Below are positions 13,501-25,375 of a stretch of 64,000 nucleotides of DNA, in pieces. Origin of the DNA: Octopus sinensis. Lineage: Eukaryota. Each line of letters opens with the position of its first letter. The first letter of the stretch is position 1. The position numbers were made by a program, and so were the translations under genes. Under the pieces are notes generated by a model. It was not told the DNA's origin. It made no database searches and worked only from the letters and a program-made list of their open reading frames with translations. The DNA lies in NCBI RefSeq assembly GCF_006345805.1, contig NC_042997.1, positions 76,198,001 through 76,262,000 of the forward strand, read 5' to 3'.

Positions 13501-15660
13501 ACAATGGAGCGTTCGAATGTTCCAGTCTATATGGATCTACCAGCTCGAAACGTCTTAGTAGATCCTGGAAGCAAGCATTTCCTTTCCTATCTGTTCGCGA
13601 GTCCTCACAGTCTACCCGCACATCGTAGACTGTGTTGAAGTCTCCTAAAACAACTAAAGGATGCGATGTACTCAGAAACTTTCCAAGGTTCCAAAAATAA
13701 TCACTTTGTTCCCCTTGACTGTGGGGTGCGTAAGCCGCAACCAGCCTGATTGTCTTACGACTAGAGAACGTCAAATCAACAACGACCAGTCTACCTTCTG
13801 GATCTGAAAAAAATCAACTTTTTCTCAGAAACCCGGTCCTTTTTACACAGGACCAACACCCCGCTTCCGCCGGACAGACGGCTCGGAGAGATAATTCTCT
13901 CGTAACCGCTGAACAGCAGGAGCAGATCTCTTGGCCCCTTTAACCAGGTTTCTGTGGCAACAACATCTAAATCCCGTGACCTGATGTCATTTAGGAGGCA
14001 CCCTTGCTTCTAGTTCGTCACCAGGCCACGCACATTTATGCACCCTACATGAATATGAGCCATCACCTACCTTTTAGTAGGTTTTCCTTTTTTCCGTTTG
14101 TCGTGGGGGGAAGTCCGCATTATACAACGACTCGTGCAAGTCGAGATGCGTACCTCTGATGTCTTTTGGGTATTCATCATGTATAATGTTGTAATTTAAC
14201 CTGTCGATCTTACACACTTCTACATTTTTGGGCAATACCCTGTAAGTTTGAATTTTTTCCGCTGTTGGGGCTTCATTAATAAGTTTCACCAACCTATCAT
14301 TATCTTTGTTTATTGAGATGTACACCATCTCTAAACTTTCCATTTTTTTCTTTGGGCTTTGTGGGGGTGATGGGGGGGACGGCGGGGAGTAGTTTGGGAG
14401 GGGAGGTGGTTTGGGGGTGGGGGGTTGTTCGGGTTGGGTTGGGGGGGTCTTCTCTTTTTATTTTCTTTTGTGGGGAACCGTTTGTTTTCTCTTCCACCGT
14501 CTCTTTTTTCCTCTTCTCCTCTGCTTCCGTCCTTTTTCTCTCTTCTTCCTTGCGGGTGGGGCAGTCTATACGGATGTGGCCTTTCTCACCACATCCGTAG
14601 CATCGAGGCTTTCGCCCCTCCACCACCACCCGCAAATTTATTTCATCGCTGAAATTGATATTTTCTGCGACCTCCTCCAATGTCTCTGGGGCCGCCTGTA
14701 CTGTCACTTGAAGAGTTTGACCTCTCCAGTTTTCCATCCTGATCTTTGTTATCTCTATAACACTTATTTTTTCTTCCAGCCCTATTAGTAAGGCTGGAAG
14801 CAACCACTTTACCTCGATTTATGGAGGTATGTCCTCGATTTTTATTTTGGCGGACCTCCGCCCCAAATAGGAAGGCAAGAGAACAATATCACTCGCCTTA
14901 ATTGGGGTTAGCGAGTGCTTTCTTGCCATTTGCTCGCTCTTAAAATATACCATTATTGTGGCGTACTTTTTGCCCCATGTCACGAAATCTATGTCTTGCC
15001 ATATTGGTTGCAGGCACTTCTCTGCCTGTTCTTTTGTTACTCTTTCGATTCTTTTCTCTTTTATTACAAATGATTTGTAAATCACTATCCTTCTTTGTGT
15101 TTCATTTTTAATTTCTTCTGGGAGGGTGGCTTTTATATTATTCCCCTCCCTTACAAACATATTTTTATATTTTTCGTATTCTATGTCCTCCATTTTAATC
15201 TCTTCCGTCTTCCGTCCAGCGGCAGCTGCAAAGTTGTACATTTTAGTTTGTTTTCCTTTCGAAGGTGAACCTTCAATAATTTTAGCTGCAGACACAGCTA
15301 CACTTGAAGGCGAACCTTCAATAACTTTAGCTGCAGACACAGTTACACTTGAAGGCGAACCTTCGATGACTTTAACTGCAGGCAAACCTGCTTCACTTGA
15401 AGGCGAACCTTCGTCACTTGAAGCGGACAGTGTTTCCACTTCAAACATTTTTTTTGACTTCATGTCTTTTTTGATCATTTTTTTCAAATGTATTGTTCAT
15501 TTTTTTTTTTTTCACAAATGTAATGTTATTTTTTTTTTTTTTTGGTATGTAATGTGTAGTACTTTTCCCCTCCTTACAGGGGAGAAAAACAGTATTTTTC
15601 GGTATCAAACCAGACGTTCAAAGTTCAAACAAAACAACAATTTAACCAACGCTAAATAGT
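10567..15660 (-). mobile_element. Full-length degenerate Tx1/L1-clade LINE (ORF1 with CCHC knuckle; ORF2 with endonuclease, RT and CCHC)
   Basis: ORF1 15487-14074 has CYGCGEKGHIRIDC. ORF2 has GDFN, SDH, GPGYWKLN, APGLDGLP, FRPITLLN, DQSKAFD, RQGCPLSP, YADD and CPRC-x8-H-x4-C, followed by an A-rich tail at 10567-10590. Confidence 0.92.
15255..15425 (-). repeat. About 45-bp in-frame tandem repeat in Tx1 ORF1 (KVIEGSPSSVxVSAA units)
   Basis: GAAGGCGAACCTTC-type units recur at about 45-48 bp spacing. Confidence 0.85.
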
Positions 15661-16089
15661 TACTTACAAATTACTCAAAGTAAATCCACGCTTCAAAGAC
15701 GGGAAAAATTAGACATCAATGAAAAATGGATTTGTTAGCTCTTCTTATTTCTCTACATTGTATACTTTATAGACAATAGTCTTTTCTTTAATTTAATTTT
15801 TTATTATCCATCTGGACTATTCCATTTCTGCACGCTAATTATATTTTTAATTTATTCCCATTCATGTGAAACCACTTATTCAAGTTCAAATCATTGATGC
15901 AATTTTATACCAATTGCTATTTTTACTTTTGTATGTTACGATTATATTATACTTTAGTTTGATTTTAATTATTACTTACTACATATAATTCAATTGTTAT
16001 TATTATTTTTATTGTTAAAGTGAAAGCATCTGACATAAAATAGAGAAATATTTTTGTTTCACTTTTAACACATAATACTGAAATAGTGG

Positions 16090-16278
16090 AGAAGATATGA
16101 TATTGCTATGGGCTCGCTCTAGGCAAGAAGTTGAACATTTTTTTTTGCCCATGAAACTACATGGACCCTAAGTAAGGCATGTGTAAAATTTGACTGAAAT
16201 TGGTTGTGTAGTTCTCAAGTTTTAGGGAAACACACAGACAGACAGACACACATTCTCAGTTCTATATATATAAAGATG
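16090..16278 (-). mobile_element. Non-autonomous Helitron-like element, 5' part
   Basis: The minus strand starts ATCTTTATATATATAG, followed by (TGTC)n and an AACCAATTTCAGTCAAATTTTAC motif typical of such elements. Confidence 0.5.
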
Positions 16279-16289
16279 TATCTGTCATT

Positions 16290-16503
16290 CAAAATGTGAC
16301 CGCGTGTGTACCATTGGCGATTTTTTTTCCTCCGTCTTCCCTTCTCTGGATCTTTCCCTTTCCTATGTTTCTGATGAAGAGCTCCACTCGAAACGTTTAA
16401 CCCTCCTTCTTCCCTTCCTTCCTGAGCGTCCAATAATACTAAATTTGTTCCACGTCCTCGCTTTATTGTGTTTTCTCTTTGTGTTTTCATGTTTGGATTA
16501 ACT
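16290..16503 (+). repeat. pLTR-like interspersed repeat carrying a minimal hammerhead; second copy at 24935-25123
   Basis: The two copies align over about 190 bp and both end in (TA)n. Confidence 0.8.
16367..16401 (+). ncRNA. Minimal type-I hammerhead ribozyme motif
   Basis: GTTT-CTGATGA-A-GAGC(TCC)ACTC-GAAA-CG-TT-TAAC. Intact CUGAUGA and GAAA boxes, palindromic ACGT stem III. Confidence 0.65.
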
Positions 16504-16579
16504 TTATATATATATATATGTAACTATATATATTTGTTGTGCAAGATTTTTTATGTGAAATCGTGTGTTGAAACAGATA

Positions 16580-17332
16580 TTGTTGTATTTCAGAATGGTC
16601 CTTTTGCCAGTTTAGCCAATAAAAACACACGCACTATATATTTGGTGTTACTTTGCTTCAGCGTTATTTATTTTTTACATTAATCTTATTTCGGCCAGAG
16701 TTCTTTCGTCACACTCCTGTGACCGCATTATAAACTGGTTACAATATAAACAAAACTGAAAACATAATAAAATAAAATACACAGATAAATAAACAAATGG
16801 AAGTAAATAACTATATACAATTTTTGTTTTTTTTTTAATTTTAATTTTTTTTTTCATTATTACTAGTATTGTTGTTATACATACATACATACCAGCATAC
16901 GTAATAATAATGATGATGATGATGATAATAATAATAATAATAAGTGGGTGTAAACACATGAACAAAATAAGAATAAACAAAAACAAATTACACGAACATA
17001 TATAAACAGAAGATACAAATATTACAGGCATTTCCCCACACACAGACACTAATTAAACATAGACACATAGAGATATACACATGCGCAAATGAAGACACAT
17101 ACAATACAAATACAGAATGGCTGACGGCTAGTAAGGAGAGACACACAAATAAGAAAGAAGAAAGCAAAGGACCACTTATGCAGTCACAGGAGTGTGACAA
17201 AAGAACTCTGGCCAAAATAAGATTAAGATTAATGTAAAAAAGAAATAAAGCTGAAGCAAAGTAACACCAAATATATAGTGCGTGTGTTTTTATTGACTAA
17301 ACTGGCAACATGACCATTCCGAAATACAACAA
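16580..17332. repeat. Inverted repeat pair of about 150 bp (16580-16729 and 17176-17332) flanked by (TA)n
   Basis: The arms match directly as reverse complements; the ORF track shows the same peptide NKNTRTIYLVLLCFS on both strands. Confidence 0.85.
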
Positions 17333-17345
17333 AATATATATATAC

Positions 17346-17378
<33 letters not shown>

Positions 17379-17402
17379 ATATATATATATATATATTATA
17401 TA

Positions 17403-17435
<33 letters not shown>

Positions 17436-17447
17436 ATATATATATAT

Positions 17448-20400
17448 CATCATCATCATCATTTAGCGTCCGTTTTCCATGCTAGCATGGGTTGGACGGT
17501 TCAACTGGGGTCTGTGAAGCCGGAAGGCTTCATCAGGCCTAGTCAGATCTGGCAGTGTTTCTACGGCTGGATGCCCTTCCTAACGCCAACCACTCCGTGA
17601 GTGTAGTGGGTGCTTTTTACGTGCCACCCACACAGGTGCCAGACAGAGCTGGCAAACGGCCACGAACGGATGGTGCTTTTTATGTGCCACCGGCACGGGG
17701 GCCAGGCTAAGCTGGGAATGGAAACGAACGGATGGTGCTTTTTACGTGCCACCGGCACGAGACCAGTCAGGGCGGCGCTGGCAACGGTCACGAACGGATG
17801 GTTCTCTTACATGCCACCGGCACTGGTAACACATCTGCAATTTCCATTCATTGATTTCAATTCAGATCCTTACTTGCCTCAACAGGTCTTCACAAGTAGA
17901 GTTTTGTGTCCCAAGAAGGGAAGGTATGCATATGTAGGCTGGCTCCATCCCATGTAGAAGGCCACGGGTTATGGTCTCACTTGTCCTGCCGGGTCTTCTC
18001 GCGCACAGCACACTTCCAGAGGTCTCGGTCTCTAGTCATTTCCTCAGTGAGACCTAAAGTTCGAAGGTTGTGCTTCACCACCTCGTCCCAGGTTTTCCTG
18101 GGTCTGCCTCTTCCACAGGTTCCCTCAACTGCTAGGGTGTGGCACTTTTTCACACAACTATCTTCATCCATTCTCGCCACATGACCATACCAGTGCAAAC
18201 GTCTCTCTTGCACACCACAACTGATGCTTCTTAGGTCCAACTTTTCTCTCAAGGTACTTACACTCTGCCGAGTATGAGTACTGACATTACACATCCATCG
18301 GAGCATACTGGCTTCATTTCTTGCGAGCTTACGCATATCCTCAGCAGTCACAGCCCATGTTTCACTGCCATGTAGCATGGCTGTTCGTACACACGCATCA
18401 TATAGTCTGCCTTTTACTCTGTGCGAGAGGCCTTTTGTCACCAGCAGAGGTAAGAGCTCTCTGAACTTTGCCCAAGCTATTCTTACTCTAACAGTTACAC
18501 TTTCAACACACCCGCCCCCGCTGCTGACTTGGTCACCTAGGTAACGGAAACTATCAACTATTTCTAGTTTTTCTCCCTGGAAAGTGACGGAAGTTGGTCT
18601 CAGAGCATTTTCAGTGTTTATTGTTCCTGAGCATCTGCCACATACAAAAACCATCTTCCTAGTTAGCCTTCCTTTGACATTGCTGCACCTCTTATGTGTC
18701 CATAGCTTACACTTGGTGCATCTTATAGAGTTTCTACCTACACCTTTTCTACAGATCGAGCAGGGCCTTCTACCTGAAGGCGTTTGTGGTTTGTCTACCT
18801 TCCTACTGATTACAACTTTGGTTTTAGCTAGATTGACTCTGAGGCCCTTCGATTCTAATCCTTGTTTCCACACCTGAAACTTCTCCTCCAGTTCTGATAG
18901 TGACTCAGCAATTAGAGCAAAGTCATCAGCATAGAGGAGCTCCCAAGGGCATCCTGTCTTGAATTCCTCCATTATTGCCTGGAGGACTATGATAAATAGG
19001 AGGGGGCTGAGGACTGAGCCTTGGTGGACCCCTACCTCTATCCGGAATTCTTCACTGTACTCATTGCCAACCCTCACCTTACTAGCAGCGTCCCTGTACA
19101 TGGCCCGCACAGCTCTCACTAACCATTCATCTATCCCTAGTTTCCTCATTGACCACCAGATAAGGGATCGGGGGCCCCTGTTGAAGGCTTTCTCCATGTC
19201 AACAAAAGCCAGGTACAGGGGCTTATCTTTGGCTAGGTATTTCTCCTGCAGCTGTCTTACCAGGAATATAGCATCAGTGGTACTTTTCCCTGGCACAAAC
19301 CCAAACTGCATCTCATCTAAGCTAACTCTCTCTCTAATTAATTGGGCTATGACCCTCTCCGTAACCTTCATCACCTGATCCAACAGCTTGATACCTCCGT
19401 AATTATTTGTATCTAGGGCGTCACCTTTACCTTTGTAGCAGTTGACTATTATGCTGCTACACCAGTCATTGGGTGTGACTCCTTTGTGTATCACCTGATT
19501 AACTATACAGGTGACTAGGCTATAGCTAACACTACCAGACATTTTGAGCATCTCTGCAGTGATTCCTGATGGGCCTGGGGCTTTCCCTGTCTTCATGCTT
19601 CTAATTGCCTTAACTACCAAGGAACTATCAACTCGGATAGTTGCTCCCTCTGTTGGGTCGACATTCGGCAGACTCTCTTTATCCCATTCATTTTCTTTAT
19701 TCAGCAACCTTTCATAGTGGCGTCTCCAAACCTCTCTCTTTGCATCCTCATTTAGCGCAAGTGACCCATCTTCCATGCGAACACACTTCTCTCCTACCAC
19801 ATCACGATTCTCTCTCACACACTGTCTTGCAACGCGAAACACCTCCAGTCTTTGGTCCTCACGGCGCAGAACATTGGCAAATTTTTTCTTATCTGCTTCC
19901 CCTCTGGCTAAATAAACCTGTCTCCTAGCTTCTCTTTTGGCAGTCTGATACAATTCCCTGCTACCCCCATTTTTCCAGACCTTCCAAGCCTGTCTCTTTT
20001 CTCTAATAGCCCTGTCTACAATATTGTTCCACCACCACGTTATTCTAGGTCGAGAGGGGACTTTGCACCAGCCACAGATCTGGTCAGTGGCTCTCAGCAG
20101 GTTGTCCCTAAGAAACGTCCAGTTGTCTTCTACCCCCTGTGATGCTCTATCCCCTTCTACTTCGTCAAAGGCTTCAAGTAATATGTCCCTAAATCTCTGT
20201 CCATTTGCAGGATCTTTAAGCTTCCAGATCCTTCTTCTCCATATTGGTCGTCTTCTGGTTGTCCTCCTAGTCCTGATCCTAAAGTCACTGACTACAAGTC
20301 TATGTTGTGGGGTACATTCTTCGCCTGGAAAGGTTTTGGCATTTATAAGCAGCCATCTCTCCCTTTGCCTGGCAAAGATGTAGTCAATTTGGCTGGTATG

Positions 20401-21300
20401 TTGGCCCGATCGGTAGGTGACTAGGTGGCTGGTAGGTTTCCTGAAGTTAGTGTTGCAAATCATAAGATTATTTGCATCGCAGAACTCCAGCAGCCTGGTT
20501 CCCTCCTCGTTGCGGGAGCCATAGCCATAGCCTCCATGTACGCCATGGAAGTCCCCAGCATGTCGTCCAACGTGACCATTGAAGTCACCAGCCACAAAGA
20601 GAAGGTCTCTGTCGTTCGTCAACGAGGTAGTCTGCAGTAGAGTGTCATAGAAAACAGTCTTTCTGTCCATCGGGTAGCCCTGACTGAGGAGCATAGGCTG
20701 ATATAATGGTTGCTAAGCTATGATGAAGCACTAATCTAATCTTAAGTATTCTGTCACATACTCTGATTACCTCAATTACTTTATCTACCCATTTCTCAGC
20801 GATAAGTATACCCACGCCACCAACCCCGTCAGTGTTCCCTGCCCAGAAAATCTTGTACCTGCATTCCCTGCCTGTGAGGAACCTAGCAGATCCTCCTCTC
20901 CACCTTATTTCTTGCATGCAACATATATCCACACATCTCCGTTCAAGCATCTCGACTATCTCACCAGACCTACTTACCAGTGTGCCAACGTTGAGGGTGC
21001 CAACCCTGAGGGTGTGAGAGGCATGGGCTCTAGAGACCATGGGACGGTGGACAGTAGCTTCGTGTACCTGAAAAGAAAGCTCGCATTTGGCAGAATTCAT
21101 GTGCAAGTAATAAAGTAGCCTTCAGTACAACCTGCATAACACTAGCCTTTCATATTTTGCACTGCATGAACATTACCTTACATAGGTCGTGACTAGGGGT
21201 AGGGATGGTGAAAGAGCATTTGCAGTCTTCATGGGAAGCAACCCCGAGATGGCAAAGAATAGGAACTTCCGGCATGTGTGGAGGGGGTGGGAGGACGGGT
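17448..21300 (-). mobile_element. Near-intact RTE-clade LINE
   Basis: ORFs 20645-21106 and 17977-20694 overlap at a single frameshift near 20652. The 3'UTR has GTGCCACCGGCAC repeats, a CCATGCTAGCATGG palindrome and an (ATG)n tail. Confidence 0.95.
17977..21106 (-). pseudogene. RTE polyprotein (APE endonuclease + RT with internal PHD-like C4HC3 finger), one frameshift
   Basis: GTLNV, QE, GVGI, AYAP, GDFNGHVG, QIDY, DMEKAF, HQGSVLSP, YADD, CSIC..CTKC..HKRC..CGRC, FRYLG, RGRGRPRKTW. Confidence 0.92.
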
Positions 21301-22118
21301 GCACCGTAACTTAGAAAGAGATTCTGTTAATCATGTGAGCTAGAAAATAGGTTTGAAAAATCAGAGGGAATGAGAATTTTTATGGGAAAAATAAGTGGCT
21401 ATGAACCGGGAGACAAGACTAAACGAAAAAAAATGTTTGAGCTAGACAGGGTAATGAGGGAATACTGAAAGAATGAGGAACAATACAATGAGATAGTAAT
21501 CGAAGAATAGTGAAAGAATAATGATGATACGTGCAAAGATAGAAGGTAGTTGAAGCAAGGCTGAAAGAGTCACTTAGCTTTAGCCATTCATGATCTGTGC
21601 GTATTTCTTCTTTAGATATTTGGAAGCGAGTGGGGTTAACGATAATGCGATCGCTCTTTTATATATGGTGATGATGGTTATGGAAAGGGGGGGGGAACAT
21701 AGAGAAACATAGGGAGAGAGATAGGGTTAGTTAGAGAGGGGTGGAGAGAGGTGGTCGAGGAACACGTGGGAATAAAGCAGTGTGAGGAAATTTGACTAGC
21801 ATAGTTGAAAGGGGACGGCATTGTCGATAATAATCATTATTTGATAACTAATATAGACTTGGGGCAAAACAGGTAAAATCTGAGTTCGTCAGGCAACATA
21901 CAAAAGTAAAAATAGCAATTGGTATAAAATTGCATCAATGATTTGAACTTGAATAAGTGGTTTCACATGAATGGGAATAAATTAAAAATATAATTAGCGT
22001 GCAGAAATGGAATAGTCCAGATGGATAATAAAAAATTAAATTAAAAAAAAGACTATTGTCTATAAAGTATACATGAAGTATATATATGTATGTATATATG
22101 TATCCATATATATATATG

Positions 22119-22179
<61 letters not shown>

Positions 22180-22185
22180 CTATAT

Positions 22186-22390
22186 ATCTATAATATAAAT
22201 TGGACATAGGCAATCGTTGTATTCTTTCTTGTCTTGAGGTTCACAGCCAAACGGCTGAGTGGATTTGGGTGAAAAATGGCACACATTTGGAGACGGGTGC
22301 ATACATTGGAATGTGGTTTGTATTTTTAACCTAGCCCCCATACTTACCAAGAAAATTGATTAAAACTTTTTCTAATGGAATTCCCGTTTG
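22186..22390 (+). mobile_element. Non-autonomous Helitron-like fragment
   Basis: Starts ATCTATAATATAAA and carries a CCAAACGGCTGAGTGGATTTGGGTGAAAAATGGCACAC motif. Confidence 0.45.
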
Positions 22391-22551
22391 TTCCACAATT
22401 AAAACAACCAGTTGCTCACACAGCTGGCATATACCATTTCGATAGCAACAAGGCGAGTACAGGATGACAGTCAGCCAAAACATTCACTATGCTGTATCTC
22501 TTCTTCTCTCTCATATACACATGCTTAAGCATGCATGCACACAAACATGCG

Positions 22552-22621
<70 letters not shown>

Positions 22622-22915
22622 CATTTCATATATCTTCTTTCAGTTTCTGTTCTCTGCAAATAAAATTTTTTACGAATACAGCTGTTTACAAAAATTGGGA
22701 TTAATGTATAATTTCTTTCCATGTTCATAATTAAATCAATGTTTTAATGATTTTAATGATTTCACAGAGGTCCAATACAATAGTTCTCAGAATTTGGCAT
22801 TGTCTGCGATACCTGAGTTCTGGTGGATCAAGTATTTGGAGGCCATAGGTTTGGCATAGTACGAATGAAGGATTCAGGTTTTATTATTCTCAGTTTCTAG
22901 CCAGAGTTCAATATT

Positions 22916-23431
22916 TTGATGGCAGACCTCGTCAGAATAATGCAAAATGTGTCCCGCATGTGTGAGCCTACAGAGTTAAAGAGACACATACAACATTTCG
23001 TTCACCGCATGCAGTTCTCAGGTTACAGCCATAAAGAAAGGATCAGAGTATACAAAGGAGCTATGAAGAAATTTAATACTATCTTATGTAATGATAGCAA
23101 TGGGATTGAAAAGACAAAGAAGAAAATAGGGAAAGCCAACTCTTGGTATGATAGCCACAAATACCAGAGTGTCATGTTCGTCGACACCACCCCTAGAGGT
23201 GAACTGGCGTACCGCTTTAAAAGGACCCTAGACAAATTTAAGCTAAGGATTAAGGTTGTTGAAAAGCCAGGCAACCCTATCAAATCCATAATCGGTAGAA
23301 CCTACCCTTTTAGTAGAACCCCCTGTATGGATAGGTACTGTACTGTGTGTAGATTTAGCCCACAAACAAACTGTAAAGCCAGAAATGTAGTCTATAGTAT
23401 AAGATGTATAGAGGGACGATGCAGAACATAA
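22916..23431 (+). mobile_element. Penelope-like element fragment (RT thumb to start of GIY-YIG)
   Basis: RMQFSGY, SVMFVDTTP.GEL, IKVVEKPG, C..C..C...CKARNVVYSIRC. Confidence 0.75.
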
Positions 23432-23594
23432 CATGGAAAAAATAGATAAATAATTACCAGGGTAGCAAAAAATTACACAAAGAAGTTTTAACTCCTTGTT
23501 TTTAAAAGTAGAAACTTCGGGTTTATGTGGAACTTTTTGTATAATATATAAATAAATAAATGGTGTTTAACGCAGGTATAAATCAAATACTTTT

Positions 23595-23679
23595 ACTTTC
23601 AACACGTTTCAAAGATTTCACTGATATTATTCAAATGAATAAATGGTATAAAACAACGCAATCTTCTCTTCAGGGAAGT
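23595..23679 (-). ncRNA. Type-I hammerhead ribozyme motif with long stem II (partly decayed)
   Basis: ACTTCC-CTGAAGA-GAAGATT-(about 45 nt)-AATCTTT-GAAA-CGTG-TT-GAAAGT. Stems I, II and III are each recoverable with single transitions. Confidence 0.6.
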
Positions 23680-24175
23680 GAAAAAACGAAACTCGTCAAT
23701 AAGACATTTAACAGAAAATGATGGATATGTATAGTGATTTACTGAACGCTATTAATATTGTTTGAAAAACATTATATGATCTAATGTCAGAAGTAACCTA
23801 TAGAAAGAGGAGGGATATTTATAGTGAATATTAAATATAAAGGAAATTAATGTTTAAATTATACATAATGATAGGGATTACTTATATGAACTAAAGGTGT
23901 GTTTTTGCCAATGTTTACATCGGTATGCACACTCTATAACCGTGTTTACTAGGGGATTTTTAGAAAAAATAATGATAAATAGTTCAGAATTACAGAAAAG
24001 ATAGAATTCCTTGCCTTTGTCATAAGGTATCGAGATTGAGAGAATCAACCATTCTAAATTAAATTATTCATTGTGGTCTTTTAGATCCCAAATTAATTTA
24101 CTGAGTCCAGTACTGTTACATTTATTCCTATCCCTTCAAAAGTAAAAGTATTTGATTTATACCTGTGTTAAAATC

Positions 24176-24214
<39 letters not shown>

Positions 24215-24344
24215 GCCTGTGGGGTTGGCTTTGTTTCGGGCGTATGTCGGTGCATATGTGTGTGCCTGTGGATTCGCATGCGCCCACACCGGAAGAGTTT
24301 TTTTCCATCAGTCTTTCAGTTGTGAAGTGTGTCCTTGCATACAT

Positions 24345-24740
24345 ATATATACACACATATAAACATATAAACACATATATAAACCCCTACATTTGTACAC
24401 AAATGCACATACATACATACATTCACTCCCACGCACGTAATCACACACGCACATTTACATATATATACAATACACGCACACACACATACAAACACACACA
24501 TACACACATACAAACACACACTAATTCACATACACACCAACACATATACATACACACAACATATACCTACACGCGTATGCACACATACACATACGTACAC
24601 ACATATAAGCACAGACGTTAAGCACAGTTACTCGCCACACACCCAAACTCCACGCATACACACAAAAAACGCACACGTATACACACACATACTACAAACA
24701 AAACACACACACGATACATATACATGCACACACACACCTC
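24345..24740. repeat. Degenerate (CA)/(CATA) microsatellite field
   Basis: Direct reading. Similar fields at 22080-22190, 22560-22618, 35035-36000 and 56440-56710. Confidence 0.9.
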
Positions 24741-24994
24741 CCTGTTTTTGACCTGCTAGTGTACCCACACACCACTCCTTTATTCTACTTCTAGCCTGCT
24801 ACTGTGTTGCTCGCCATACACACACACACACTCACACTTGTCATCTTCGCACACCTTCTTTACCATTCCGTCTTTGATATAGCTCTTCTGTTTTTTAAAA
24901 ACATTTTCTTCTACCCTGACCACTTCCGTCTTTTAGTATGTGACCTCGTCTGTATCACTAGCGATTTTTTTTCCTCTGTCTTCCCTTCTCCTAT

Positions 24995-25029
24995 GTTTCC
25001 GACGAAGAGCTCCGCTCGAAACGTCAAAC
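24995..25029 (+). ncRNA. Minimal type-I hammerhead ribozyme motif (same family as 16367)
   Basis: GTTT-CCGACGA-A-GAGC(TCC)GCTC-GAAA-CG-TC-AAAC. Perfect stems I and II, GUC triplet, one U4>C core change. Confidence 0.65.
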
Positions 25030-25119
25030 CCTCCTTCTTCCCTTCTTTCCTGAGTGTCCAATAATACTTTATTTGTTCCACGTCCTTGCGTTGTTGTCTT
25101 TTGGTTTTCTTGTTTGGAT

Positions 25120-25165
<46 letters not shown>

Positions 25166-25339
25166 CAACTTACAAATAAGGGCAAACGAAAAAATTTCTA
25201 ATGCCAAATATGCCGAAATTAGACACCCTGTCCATAACCATATAATTTTTCACAATACGCACGCTACTCAAAAAAATATATATATATATCGGTAGCCACT
25301 ACACACATTTTTTTTCTCTCCTTGTTTTTTTCTGTGTCC

Positions 25340-25375
25340 CTTTCTGTAGAAGAGTGTAGGCTCGAAACATATAAG
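25340..25375 (+). ncRNA. Degenerate minimal hammerhead motif in a related pLTR-like repeat
   Basis: CTTT-CTGTAGA-A-GAGT(GTAG)GCTC-GAAA-CA-TA-TAAG. Confidence 0.4.

Larger units (their letters stand above)
15759..22073. repeat. Inverted repeat pair of about 180 bp (15759-15937 and 21895-22073), Penelope 3'/pLTR-like
   Basis: TGTATACTTTATAGACAATAGTC...TTTTGTATGTT is present as a near-identical reverse complement. Confidence 0.85.

Noticed and set aside
21120-21330. HDV-like ribozyme at the RTE 5' end (known for some RTEs)
   Set aside because: I could not identify the nested double pseudoknot by eye; a motif search is needed.
21860-21900. CTGACGA box on the minus strand at the end of an inverted arm
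   Set aside because: The second half of the motif is absent; it is probably truncated.
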